Positions 19,599 through 29,694 are shown, counted from the first letter of the stretch. The stretch is 32,000 nt of DNA from Candidatus Midichloria mitochondrii IricVA (GCF_000219355.1 NC_015722.1:750001-782000), one strand, 5' to 3'. The notes: a model not told the origin generated them from the letters alone. A program made the numbers and translations.

Positions 19599-20001
19599 TT
19601 CAGCAGAATGACCAACGGGATGACCGCACCTTGCATCAGCTCAACAAAGCGATTGTAGCTGACAAGCTTTGGCAATTCCTCTCTGAGAGAGGTTCGAAAA
19701 CAGTTTTAGGTAAAAATCTTTGAAGGTCCGGTAAATGCCCCCAAAATGAAACAAAACGAGGATCGTTATAACTTCGGAAAGCATCTCCTAGACTCTAGTT
19801 TCCTTTGTCTCTGCGAGTTTCTTAAGGATCTTTGGTGCGTGAGTTGTTGCTTGCAAAAATCATCAATCAAACAAAATATTTCCACTAGGGGAACCACTTT
19901 TCTTATTTATCGTGAAATTGAGAAAAATTTAATGGTTACACAGCTTTTTTTTTAAAACTATATCAGATAATTCCTCTGAAACTTACCTCAAACTGGGGTT
20001 A
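19599..20001 (-). mobile_element. IS982-family element, 5' fragment (copy C, about 400 bp)
   Basis: Aligns with the first ~400 bp of copies A, B and D (left inverted repeat, leader, N-terminal transposase part as far as ...CCCGTTGGTCATTCTGCTG). There is no right end. Confidence 0.8.
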
Positions 20002-20947
20002 TCATAATATATATCAGCCATCTCTCTGCTATTTTCTCCGTATAAATTTTGATAGATAACAAGCTTTTTTTAGCAAATAATGTAATTGCTTCTTCAAACC
20101 TATTTAAGTTCTTGTATAACTTTATTAAACCACTCCAATTATTGCCATATAAATCAGCTGCTTCTTCACCTTTTTCTCTATAAATCTTTTTATATATAGT
20201 TTTTATATATAGTGATGCACTCATGTAGTTCCTCAGCTGTTTTCTCAAACAGTTTAAAATCTTTATATAAATCGCTCATATCACCATGCAAGTCAGCTAT
20301 TTCTCTGCTCTCTGCTCCATAAATTTTCTGATAAATAGTTAAATCTTTCTTGTAGAATGCCTCAATTGCTTCTGGAATTCTCTTAAAGTGCTTATAAATC
20401 CCTATTAAACCGCTCTCCAAGCATCACCATACAAATCAGCCACTTCCTTACTCTTTTTTTCCCCATACAGATTTTTATATATCAGTAATCTACCTTCGTG
20501 TGCTGCAATAATTTTTTTGAATTCCTTCCCTCAGTAAACTAGGCAGTCATACTCCGCTATTACCTCTTTAGTACTCTCTCCGTAAAGATTTCTATAAATA
20601 GCAATCCGCCTATATAGCAAGCTCATTGCTTCTTCCTGCCTTTTCATCTCTCTATATACATAAGCCATATTACCATACAGATCCACTATCACCTCATTAT
20701 CCCCTCCGAATTCCTCGATCCTAATCCTTAAAGCTTTTTTATACAGCTATAACGCATTATTATACTGCTTCGTAGCTTTATATGAATTCCCCATACTATT
20801 ATATACTGAGGTTACTTCCTAAATACCTCTCTTTTTTGTACTCAAAGCTTTTTCATATAGGGTTAACGCTTCAACATGCTTACCTTTTCCGCAGAGAGCA
20901 ATTGAGCTTCCTCCATATAACATCTGTACCATTTTTTTCGCACTCAT
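20002..20947 (-). pseudogene. TPR-repeat protein pseudogene, with multiple frameshifts and stops, 3' end cut by IS982 copy C
   Basis: Reverse translation gives MSAKKMVQMLYGGSSIALCGKGKHVEALTLYEKAL...*...LYKKALRIRIEEFGGDNEVIVDLYGNMAYVYREMKRQEEAMSLLYRRIAIYRNLYGESTKEV... It continues in other frames (the ORFs at 20190..20420 and 19988..20248 are TPR units). Confidence 0.7.
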
Positions 20948-21638
20948 TGCCTATGCTTCATTTCTATCATCTGGGGCTGCTTGCAATCGATCAGTATCCA
21001 CATCATTCAAAATACGTACATACTTGCCGATCATCGTACTACTCTTCATGTTTATTCTTCAAAAACTATATATTTCTGTCTTACACAATTAACTTAAGGT
21101 AACAACTCCCCTTAGCTAAGTTTAGTCTCGTCTTTAAAAATCTTGGGCTATTTCTGATAAGAAATCATAGATAGCGCCCCATTTAAGCGCACCCAATGAT
21201 GAACACAGCTACTATTAGTTTATGTCAATATTTGTTAATAATATTTTTACATTATTTTACAATCTCAGTAATTAAGCATTGATATATAAATAATCATGGT
21301 CAAAGCATTATAAAGAAGAGCGTACCCCATAGGAGTTTAGACGCCAAAGCATACATAAAGACCGGCAATTATCCGCTAAGAAGCAGTTCCCTAAAATTTA
21401 AGAGTTATATTAGATATACTGTTGCAAGGCTCATTTGCTTTTTTAACATGGCCCGTCTTGCAAGCTTCGCCTGCTAAAGGGCGGTTCATACTTTTCCATT
21501 GCAAACTCGCTTTATGCATTAGCAGTTAAAGAAGTATACCGCGACTTCGAACTAGTGAAAGTGTGAGATAAATTAATATTGATATACGTGGGATATTAAT
21601 ATATCTTACTTGTTGAGTTCTTCTTTTAGCTTCCTAAG

Positions 21639-22578
21639 TAACCCCAGTTTGAGGTAGGTTTAAAGAAATTATCTGATATGGCTTCAAAGAGGCTGTGTAA
21701 CCATTAAGTTCTTCTCAATTTCACGATAAATAAGGAAAGTGGTTCCCCTAGTAGAAATATTTTGTTTGATTGATGATTTTTGCAAGCAACAACTCATGTA
21801 CCAAAGATCCTTAAGAAACTCGCAGAGACAAAGGGAACGAGAGTCTGGGATGATGCTTTCCGAAGTTATAACGATCCTCGTTTTGTTTCATTTGAGGGCA
21901 TTACCGGATTCAAAGATTTTTACCTAAACTGTTTTCAAATCTCTCTCAGAGAGGAATTGCCGAAGCTTATCAGCTACAATCGCTTTGTTGAGCTGGATGC
22001 GAGACGCGGTCATCCCGTTGGTCATTCTGCTGAATTGCTGCAAAGGGAAACAAACAGGTACGTTGACTCAACAAAAAGCTGGAAGGTTTGTCATAACTCA
22101 CGTACTAGCCGTAATAAGGTCCTTAAAGGCATCGCTCAGCGTGGGAAAACGTCAACCCGGATGGTTCTTTGGCCTCAATGATCAAGGAGAGATTATGTCA
22201 TTCACACTGACTTCGGGTAATACAGATGATCGAGCCGTTGTCGAGAAACTGACTCAATATTTGACAGGCCTTCTATTCGGAGATCGGTGGTATATGAGCA
22301 AAAACACTGAGCAATCAAGGTATTGAGCTCATCACACGGCTTAAGAAAAACATGAAAAACAAAACCCGCTTGCGGCTTTTAAACAACTGCTTCTTGCAAG
22401 GGCGTGGATTGATTGAAACAGCCATCGGACAATTGAAAGAGATTTGACAAATCCAACACACACCGGCATCGCTCGCCAAACAATTTCTTGGCAGGGCTCT
22501 TGGCCTATGTCTTCAAACCCAATATATCTCATGGAAAAATAGGCTCACGGGCATACTCCTTACGTCAAACTGAGGTTA
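21639..22578 (+). mobile_element. IS982-family insertion sequence, full-length copy D, transposase broken
   Basis: Both inverted repeats are present (TAACCCCAGTTTGAGGTAGG ... CTTACGTCAAACTGAGGTTA). The transposase is split into ORFs of 62, 133 and 113 aa in different frames, and it has the same TGA as copy A. Confidence 0.85.
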
Positions 22579-22823
22579 TATTAATATTCAAAACGGGTTC
22601 TAAGCTAGCAGAAGCGTTTTCTGCTTAGCAAGAAAGAATAGATAAATCTAGTAGTAGTGGACTAAGTGTATGTTGAGCTGCAGACAGCGACTATTCAATT
22701 GTGTTTCCAAGCACGAGCGAAGGCATAATGATGAAAAGATTAATTGATGAAAGTTTTTGTATCGATGACGATACTTCTATAATGCAGGTGATCGAACAAC
22801 TTCCCGACGAATTTTTTTTGTAC

Positions 22824-23312
22824 TTAATTAAATTTATTTTTAATTTGTTCAGCAACACTTTCAGAAACAAGTCCAGTGAGATCTCCTCCTAATTTTGCTA
22901 CTTCTTTTACTAAAGTTGCAGAGATAAAATGACTTTTTTCGCTTGCGGGCAGAAATATAGTTTCTAATTCTGGGAAAAGCTTTTTATTGATATAGGCCAT
23001 TTGGAATTCATATTCAAAATCTGAAACTGCTCGAATGCCTCTTATTATAATCTTCACTTTTTGGGTTTTAGCAAAATCTACTAAAAGAGTGTTAAAACTC
23101 ATTACTTCCAAATTTGGGATTTGAATTTTTTTTACCTCGGCCTTTGCAATCGCCACTCGCTCAGTTGCGGTAAAAAGCGGAGATTTTTTTGAGTTATCAG
23201 CGATTGCTAAAATGATTTTATCGAACAAAATGCATGCTCTTTCTAAAATATCAAGATGGCCGAAGGTTAAAGGATCAAAAGTCCCGGGATAAATCGCAAT
23301 TTTGTCAGACAT
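22824..23312 (-). CDS. coaD: phosphopantetheine adenylyltransferase
   Basis: IAIYPGTFDPLTFGHLDILERA and IRGIRAVSDFEYE. 162 aa. Confidence 0.92.
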   Translation of the reverse strand: MSDKIAIYPGTFDPLTFGHLDILERACILFDKIILAIADNSKKSPLFTATERVAIAKAEVKKIQIPNLEVMSFNTLLVDFAKTQKVKIIIRGIRAVSDFEYEFQMAYINKKLFPELETIFLPASEKSHFISATLVKEVAKLGGDLTGLVSESVAEQIKNKFN

Positions 23313-24264
23313 TTTTTTCTTTAAAGGTTAAACTAAAAAAATTTAAAACATCTATAAAATGTTTTGGGAGTGGAGCCTGGAACTTTAATTTTTCTCCAAA
23401 AAGAGCTAAATCAAGCTCGTAAGCATGCAAACATAAACTTGCTGCAATTTTGTTATATAACGAATACTCTTTATTATATTTCTTATCGCTAATGATAGGG
23501 CATCCAATGGTTGCTAAATGCGCTCGAATTTGGTGTTTTCGTCCTGTAACTGGAATTACTTCTAAGAGCGCAGCTCGCTCATTATGAGCCAGTACCCTAT
23601 ATCTAGTAATTGCCTGCTTGCCGTTTTTGCTAGGCGCCATGTTTTCAAATCCGGCACCAGAGTCTTTTTTTTCTAAGGGTATATCGATCACTTCTTTTAA
23701 CTCCTTTGGTTTGCCTTGAACAATGGCTAAATATTTTTTATCTATATCTCGATTTTGAAATATATCAGCTATTTCTTGGGCTGCTTTTATGGTACGTGCC
23801 ATGATTAAAATGCCGCTGGTTTCCTTATCAATTCTATGCACTAATTTAGGTTTTTCTTTAGCATCGAATTTTAATTCAGAAGCGATATGATCGACACTAA
23901 TCTCAATGCCGTTACCACCTTGTACTGCAAGACCTGCAGGTTTATTTAGAACTAAAACGTGTGAATTTATATAAGTAATATTAGCAGTAATTTCTTCAAC
24001 GAGCTTCGCATAATCATTTTTTGAAGTAAGAATGGATTTTTTTATCTGAGGCTTAAGAGTTATAAGCGCTGGAAACCTAATTTCTTGATTAAATTTGATT
24101 TTATCCGATGCTTTAACTCTTTTACTATCAACTCTTATTTGCCCAGTACGCGCTAATTTTGAAATATTAGCAAAAGAATACTCTTTGTAATGCCTTTTAA
24201 ACCAACGATCCAGCCTTATATCATTATCTTCTCCTGCAACTAATTTTTTGATTATTTCTGCCAT
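23305..24264 (-). CDS. rluC: RluA-family 23S rRNA pseudouridine synthase (RluC-like, with N-terminal S4-like domain)
   Basis: RLDRWFKRHY...GQIRVDSKRVK, LVHRIDKETSGILIMART and TGRKHQIRAHLA. It overlaps the coaD start by 8 nt. Confidence 0.75.
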   Translation of the reverse strand: MAEIIKKLVAGEDNDIRLDRWFKRHYKEYSFANISKLARTGQIRVDSKRVKASDKIKFNQEIRFPALITLKPQIKKSILTSKNDYAKLVEEITANITYINSHVLVLNKPAGLAVQGGNGIEISVDHIASELKFDAKEKPKLVHRIDKETSGILIMARTIKAAQEIADIFQNRDIDKKYLAIVQGKPKELKEVIDIPLEKKDSGAGFENMAPSKNGKQAITRYRVLAHNERAALLEVIPVTGRKHQIRAHLATIGCPIISDKKYNKEYSLYNKIAASLCLHAYELDLALFGEKLKFQAPLPKHFIDVLNFFSLTFKEKNV

Positions 24265-24336
24265 GTTTGTAAATAGATCCCGCTTAAAAGCTTATTAATC
24301 TTAAAGTTTGTTGGTATTTTTTTCTATGGGCGCAGA

Positions 24337-25359
24337 TTATAAGTACTTTTGCTTGTAACGCAAACAACATTTATGCTTAGAAAAACAGCTTACTTCATTG
24401 TTGGGTTCCAAACATAAATTAGTAAGAGCCTGAATAAATTCATTGTTGATCCCTAGAGCATGGGCTCTAAAATAACCAGGAACACCGTGTTTATTAGCCC
24501 ATTCTTTATATTCTATATCAAGTTCTACTAAGGTCTCTATGTGCTCAGAAACAAACGATATGGGAACTATAAGTATAGATACCTTATCTTTAGCAGCTTG
24601 AAGTATTTCATACTCAGTTGAAGGTTTAAGCCATTTCAATGGACCAACCTTGCTTTGATAGCACACCCTGTAGTCTAAGTTGCTATAAGGTATTTGTTCG
24701 ACTATCTCTTTTACTGTTAGCTTGATTTGATGTTCATAAGGGTCCCCTTTATCAATAATTTTTTGCGGTAAACCATGCGCTGAAAAGAGAAGCCGGGTTG
24801 GTCCATATCTTACGCCTTCTTTATAATATTGAGTAATAATTTCTACATGTGATTTTATAAAATGCTGATTCGTCGGGTAGCAGCAAATTTCTTTAGTTAG
24901 TAGATTTAAATGTAGTTTTCTTGCAACTTCGTACCACTTTCTAAAAGATGAAGCAGTAGTTGTTGTAGAGAATTGAGGATATAAGGGTAGTAGTATAACT
25001 TCATCAAAATTTCCATGTTTTACCTGTGCTACAATTTCTTCGGTAAATGGTTGCCAATATCGCATACACACAAAAACTTCATATCGATTGGAAGATGAAG
25101 TATTAAGGGATTGTGCAAGAGCTGCTGCTTGTTCTTGAGTGAGCTCTAAAATGGGTGAGCCACCTCCGAGTAAAGCATAATTTTGTTGAGCGGTTTTTGC
25201 TCTACTTGAGGAAATCAGTTTGGCTAAAATCCATCTGAAGGGCTGTGCTATGTCGATTATAGCTTTGTCGTTAAATAAATTAAATAAGAAAGGCTTTACT
25301 GCCTCCAATTTGTCCGGGCCGCCCAGATTAAATAGTATAACTGCGATCTTCTTTTTCAT
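24337..25359 (-). CDS. hemH: ferrochelatase
   Basis: MKKKIAVILFNLGGPDKLEAVKPFLFNLFND, LLPLYPQFSTTTT, FSAHGLP and SFVSEHIETL. The start is set at the internal ATG at 25359 (341 aa) because the 41-codon upstream extension is not ferrochelatase-like and overlaps the opposite-strand lipoprotein gene. Confidence 0.9.
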   Translation of the reverse strand: MKKKIAVILFNLGGPDKLEAVKPFLFNLFNDKAIIDIAQPFRWILAKLISSSRAKTAQQNYALLGGGSPILELTQEQAAALAQSLNTSSSNRYEVFVCMRYWQPFTEEIVAQVKHGNFDEVILLPLYPQFSTTTTASSFRKWYEVARKLHLNLLTKEICCYPTNQHFIKSHVEIITQYYKEGVRYGPTRLLFSAHGLPQKIIDKGDPYEHQIKLTVKEIVEQIPYSNLDYRVCYQSKVGPLKWLKPSTEYEILQAAKDKVSILIVPISFVSEHIETLVELDIEYKEWANKHGVPGYFRAHALGINNEFIQALTNLCLEPNNEVSCFSKHKCCLRYKQKYL

Positions 25360-25426
25360 GGAATTTATCTTGTAATAAATTTTAAAAAGCTGTAAATCAA
25401 AAAATGAAAGAACGCAAAGAAATACC

Positions 25427-25609
25427 ATGATAAAAAATGTAATTATTCTATTTATTCCTTTTTTATTAGTTTGCTGTTCCAACGCTGCAAAAACAAAGTT
25501 AGGATTGAGAGCTCATGGTCCAGATCAAACTACGGTTTTGGCACGTGAGCATCTCAAGATTCCTCCTGTTTTAGAAGAATTACCTGGGCCTCAAGAGTTA
25601 AAAAGATAA
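25427..25609 (+). CDS. small lipoprotein, DUF3035-like
   Basis: 60 aa with signal and lipobox-like IPFLLVCCS, then GPDQTTVLAREHLKIPPVLEELPGP. This resembles the PDEF-V-R-PL-PP...LP-P pattern of alphaproteobacterial DUF3035 lipoproteins. Its stop abuts the glmU start. Confidence 0.5.
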   Translation: MIKNVIILFIPFLLVCCSNAAKTKLGLRAHGPDQTTVLAREHLKIPPVLEELPGPQELKR

Positions 25610-25610
25610 A

Positions 25611-26915
25611 ATGTTAAAAAATCTTACAACCGTTATATTGGCCGCAGGCAGTGGGACCAGAATGCTTTCTTCCTTGCCTAAGGTTCTGCATAAGGTTGCT
25701 CAACAGCCGTTGTTAGAATATGTGATAAAATTAGCCAAAAGTTGCTCAGAAGAAATAATTACCGTAATAAACGAAGAGCTAGCAAATCATGAATTGTTTA
25801 ATAAATTGATTAGGCACTATAAAATAGACACTGCCTTACAATCAAAGCCTTTGGGTACAGCTGACGCTGTAAAATCTGTTATTGAGTATGTAAGATCTGA
25901 GTATACGTTAATATTATATGCTGATATCCCTTTTGTTGAGGAATCCACCATTAAAAAGATGTGGGAAGAAAAAAGCGATTTAGTAGTTTTAGGCTTTGAG
26001 TATTTTGAGGACAACCAATATGGCAGAATAGTAGTAGATGAAAGAAATAGGCTGATCAGAATAATTGAAAAGAAAGATGCCAAAGGGGAAGAGGCAAAAA
26101 TCACTCTTTGTAACTCTGGCATCTTATTAGTTAGAACAACTATATTAAAAGAATTTCTTGATAAAGTTAACAATAATAACAACTCTCATGAATATTATCT
26201 TACCGATTTGATTGAGTTTGTATATAAACATAAAAATTTGTATAAAAGTAGTTTGATAAAGGTAGTCGATTATAATGAAATAATTGGAATAAATAACAAA
26301 TCTCAGTTAGCGTGCGCCGAAGGCATTTTGCAGGAAAAATTGAGGACATCTTTGTTAAACAAAGGTGTAATAATGATTGCTCCCAATACAGTATTTTTGA
26401 CTCCAACAACTATCATTGAAAAAGATGCGGTAATTCATCCTTTTGTTTTTTTTGGTCCCAATGTATGGATAGATTCAGATGTAACAGTTTTGCCATTTAG
26501 CCATCTAGAAGGTGTGAGAGTACAAAAAGGAGCTAGTATTGGGCCATTTACTAGAATAAGACCTAAAACTGAAGTAAAAGAAAATTCAAAAATTGGTAAC
26601 TTTGTTGAAGTCAAAAATACTGTACTGGGTAAGAGCACTAAAGCTTCTCATTTATCATATATAGGTGATGCAACAATTGGAGAAAACGTGAATATAGGCG
26701 CTGGAACTATTTTTTGCAATTACGATGGTTATAAAAAACACCATTCTACAATTGGCGACAATAGCTTTATTGGCTCTAATAGTTGTATTATTTCTCCTAT
26801 TCAGATGGGTGAGGACGTGCTGGTAGCGGCAGGTAGCATTGTAACTCACGATATTCCTGCAAAGCACTTAGCGATTGCAAGAGTTGAGCAAAAAAAATAT
26901 AAAAAAAGAATTTAA
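25611..26915 (+). CDS. glmU: bifunctional UDP-N-acetylglucosamine pyrophosphorylase / glucosamine-1-phosphate N-acetyltransferase
   Basis: VILAAGSGTRMLSSLPKVLHKV and GTADAV, with left-handed beta-helix hexapeptide repeats in the C-terminal third. 434 aa. Confidence 0.93.
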   Translation: MLKNLTTVILAAGSGTRMLSSLPKVLHKVAQQPLLEYVIKLAKSCSEEIITVINEELANHELFNKLIRHYKIDTALQSKPLGTADAVKSVIEYVRSEYTLILYADIPFVEESTIKKMWEEKSDLVVLGFEYFEDNQYGRIVVDERNRLIRIIEKKDAKGEEAKITLCNSGILLVRTTILKEFLDKVNNNNNSHEYYLTDLIEFVYKHKNLYKSSLIKVVDYNEIIGINNKSQLACAEGILQEKLRTSLLNKGVIMIAPNTVFLTPTTIIEKDAVIHPFVFFGPNVWIDSDVTVLPFSHLEGVRVQKGASIGPFTRIRPKTEVKENSKIGNFVEVKNTVLGKSTKASHLSYIGDATIGENVNIGAGTIFCNYDGYKKHHSTIGDNSFIGSNSCIISPIQMGEDVLVAAGSIVTHDIPAKHLAIARVEQKKYKKRI

Positions 26916-26918
26916 TTT

Positions 26919-28097
26919 TCATAGACTGAGCAACTTAATTGCGTCAAAATTTACTGTATCTCCACCTACTCTTTTGAGGGCATGATATTTAACATAAGGT
27001 TTGCCAGTATATGGATCTCGCAGCAATTTGACTCCCGGACTATCAACGATTTGGTAAGCATGTTTGAGATCTGCAAATGGCGACCACGATGTTATTTTCT
27101 TCTAATCCAGGCATATCCGGTGATTCAATGACTTCTGCACCAAGTGTGGTATTTGGTGTTTCCGCATTTATACTAGATACCTGACGCTTTTTTCATCTTT
27201 TAACATTCTAATGGCTTGAACTGCGGCTCTACTCATTAAAAACTTAGCATTCGCTGCATAAATTTCCTTTAAGGAAAAGAACAAATTTATGATGCTTTCA
27301 GCAGTAATTTTCACTTTTCCAGTTAGATATTTGTTCAATATTACCCCATTCTGTACCGTTTTGGTAAGACAGAATACCTCGAGGCCTACCGTCACCATCG
27401 CCATGAATAAACGCATCGCTTTCTTTTCTAGCGAATACGTCGATAAGTTTCTTAGTGATCCAATCTTCTATATCAATTCTAGGGTCATCGAGTAATCTTT
27501 GAGTAACCTTAGGCTGAGCATAAAGTTCATGTACCAGTATTATATTTTCGGGTTGGATTTATTTCACGACTATTATTGATGATACTATCGACGTCTTGAG
27601 ATCAGCCTGCGTTTGTATCTTCTCTGTCTTCGATTAACTCTAAAGCATCAGTAGAGACTTCATCAACCTTTGCTATTTGCCTCATGACAGAAGTTCTTGC
27701 TAACAAAAATCTGAGATTTGTTCACTCACCCTAGTTGTGATAGAGTAGCCAAATTCATTATTATTTCCAACTAATGACGATTTGATCTCAAGATTGGATA
27801 AAGAATGTTCAGTCCCTTTGCGTAAATAGTTACAAAATGCACTTTTATACTCCATATCCCCTAGCATCAGGTTCTATTAGGTTTTTTCCAGGCAGAGGTC
27901 TAAGCTATAGCAGTTTTTAGTGAATTTATTTCTTCTTGTTGTTTATCAATGAAGTTATTTAATTTACTGATTTTGTCTAAAGTTAATGGATCAACATTAT
28001 CTCGATCAGTGTTCGTGATTTCATCGTTAGTTTGAGTTAAATTATGCCAGGCGTCATTAATTTGGTTAAGCCTGTTAGTGATATCAGATGTGCTCAT
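26919..28097 (-). pseudogene. HK97-family / RcGTA-type phage major capsid protein pseudogene
   Basis: The N-terminal coiled-coil ORF (27900..28097, ...INDAWHNLTQTNDE...VDPLTLDKISKLNNFIDKQQEEINSLKTAIA*) is followed in other frames by RPLPGKN, EYKSAFCNYLRKG, ELYAQPKVTQRLLDDPRIDIEDWITKKLIDVFARKESDAFIHGDGDGRPRGIL, AESIINLFFSLKEIYAANAKFLMSRAAVQAIRMLKD and VKLLRDPYTGKPYVKYHALKRVGGDTVNFDAIKLL. There are at least five stops or frameshifts. Confidence 0.7.
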
Positions 28098-28517
28098 AAA
28101 AGCTCCGTATTAGTTAGAAAATATCTACTTTTATTCGATAATATTCAAAAAATCGAAGTAAAAAGCTCCTTCAAAAAATCGTTGTTCGATAACTTTGCTT
28201 TGTTTCGTGCAAGAGTGTATCCACGTAAATTTGTGATCACCATCTTGATTAATAAAACCAGCGTGTCAGCCAAGTTCATTAGTGCCCACTACTGCAATCG
28301 TACCTTTTTCTTTTTATACCAATTTTTAGATTGCTCTTAAGGCGCTCAAGAAAGTAGGTTCTATCTTGGAAGTAGTTATAATTTTGTGGTAATAATAGCT
28401 CAAAATCTCTGATTTTGAGTTTTTTGAGCTACCTCAATAATTTAACCCTATGCAGTCACATCCAACTAATTTAATTCTAGCTTGTAGATGGAATGGTGTA
28501 TGCAGCAAACTTTTGTT

Positions 28518-29325
28518 GGCAATGCCTGGTAATTATAGACGGCAACAAGATGGTATGATATCTTCATAGTATAATAGGTGGAGTAGAAATGGACAATCAA
28601 GTGTAAATATTGTGGCTCTCGAGCAGGTGAAGAATGGCGTGGTATAGGGACAGCAGAGGTATAGATGCAAGAATTGCAAAAAGAATTACCGAGAAGGTGA
28701 TAAGCGGCAGAAATACACGATGAATGATAGACTTAAAACTTAACCTTGAGGACTGTGGGATTAGGACGATAGAGAGACTGACTGGAATCCATAACAGCCA
28801 AATATCTTCATGGATCGAAGGACGGGGGGGCGCTATGTGCAAGAAAAGTTAGATAAGAGCTGCAACAGCACAAAGTCACTTAAGGATATCGAGGTCCTAG
28901 AGATTGAGGAGCTGTGCACATATATAAAAAAAGACCAAAGAATGGAAGTGGGAGTACACCTTTATATGGATTGCTGTTGATAGAGGAGCGGGTGAAATTA
29001 TTGATTTTGAAGTAGGTGACGGGAGTAAGGCAACCCTACATGAACCTGTCATTTAGGCTTGGAAGAACGTTATAAATTGAGCATGTACAGATGATTACAG
29101 CGTTTACGAATACTATGAAATCTCCACGCACCATCACAAAACAAAGGCTGAGACATCATTGTGCTAGAATCAAAGAATTCTTTAAGAGGCATTATCCAGC
29201 TAGTTTTAATCGAAGAACGAAGCGCTATAGCAAATTCCTGAGGATGCTTTGCACTATTCTTAACCTCTTCTTCCATAGGCATCTGCTGGATTTGAAACTC
29301 CTATCTATAAATATTAGGCAATGCC
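28518..29325 (+). mobile_element. IS1-family insertion sequence, near full length, transposase broken
   Basis: 808 bp. The termini GGCAATGCCTGGTAATTATAGA and TCTATAAATATTAGGCAATGCC form imperfect inverted repeats. Motifs present: KCKYCGS, QRYRCKNCKKNYRE, LEIDELCTYIKK, IIDFEVGD, SFNRRTKRYSKFLRML. Multiple stops and frame changes. Confidence 0.8.
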
Positions 29326-29580
29326 AAGCACTTGAATAAAAAGTTGTTGGCTTCAATATTCAAAGCTTTATATTGGTAAGTTTTCATGATTAAAATTATA
29401 GCTGTCATTGCTTAACTGAGTTTATTATCTGGGCTCTTGGAGTGCGGGTGGTTGAACTCGGGCTTGGGTAGTCTCATTGTATTTACTTATTTAGGGAATT
29501 TAATTAGGTAAGAAATTGTTAATAAATTAACAATTTTAATTTATTTTGGATATTTAATATATGATAAGAGAAGAAAGGGC

Positions 29581-29609
29581 TTGACGTATTTGTGCATTAT
29601 ACATATTAT
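29581..29609 (+). promoter_or_regulatory. sigma70-like promoter candidate for the rpsL-rpsG-fusA operon
   Basis: TTGACG (29581-29586), a 17-nt spacer, then TATTAT (29604-29609), about 85 nt upstream of the rpsL ATG, which has a GGAGG Shine-Dalgarno sequence. Confidence 0.45.
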
Positions 29610-29694
29610 TGCCCAGCCGATGACTTGAAAGTCTGTCATGGGTTTTTGTGTTTTAATTTAAAAATAAAATATTAAAGCGAGTTGGAGGTTTTGA

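Noticed and set aside
9302-20947. The two TPR pseudogenes as halves of one gene separated by recombination between IS982 copies
   Set aside because: The N-terminal piece ends after the ...A..Y part of a TPR unit, whereas the C-terminal piece begins earlier in a unit, so the phases overlap rather than abut. The flanking bases (ATCATAAT vs CCCTATAAA) give no shared target duplication.
21530-21560. A tRNA T-loop-like TTCGAA motif (GACTTCGAACTAG)
   Set aside because: No complementary T-stem, acceptor stem or anticodon arm can be drawn on either strand.
6650-22578. A CRISPR-like or other regular repeat array suggested by recurring ~20-bp motifs (AACCYCAGTTTGASGTAAG)
   Set aside because: The motifs are the terminal inverted repeats of four IS982 copies kilobases apart. 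They are not short, regularly spaced direct repeats.
22728-22830. An F-box-like motif (IEQLPDEFFLYLI) in the 63-aa ORF 22701..22892, suggesting a eukaryote-like effector remnant
   Set aside because: The resemblance covers only about 12 residues. The ORF is short, its end is an antisense read-through into coaD, and there is no downstream interaction-domain sequence.
25360-25482. 41-codon N-terminal extension of ferrochelatase (381-aa ORF)
   Set aside because: The extension is not ferrochelatase-like. The conserved N-terminus begins at MKKKIAVILFNLGGP, and the extension overlaps the start of the opposite-strand lipoprotein gene.
12252-26867. Antisense ORFs within lpoA-like (12252..12611, 12320..12520), proS (14114..14338), gltP-like (16214..16435, 17015..17476), glmU (25817..26182, 26200..26409, 26435..26638, 26655..26867) and rsmI (11615..11803)
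   Set aside because: Each is fully contained in a confidently identified housekeeping gene on the other strand and has no recognisable motifs. I treat them as shadow ORFs.
28100-28517. A prohead protease remnant upstream of the capsid pseudogene (fragments such as FINQDGDHKF / RGYTLARNKAKL)
   Set aside because: The position fits the GTA/HK97 gene order, but the fragments are too short and too weakly similar to the protease pattern to support a call from sequence alone.
515-29325. The 27-kb segment between the IS1 copies as a composite transposon or genomic island
   Set aside because: The interior consists mostly of core housekeeping genes (proS, tsaD, glmU, hemH, coaD, xerC) with native composition. 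Both IS copies are dead and no target-site duplication is visible.
29620-29660. A hairpin plus T-run (ATGACTTGAAAGTCTGTCAT GGGTTTTTGTGTTTT) in the rpsL leader as an attenuator
   Set aside because: The stems are only 4-5 bp, AT-rich and mutually exclusive, and no attenuation mechanism is known for this operon. A chance structure is more likely.
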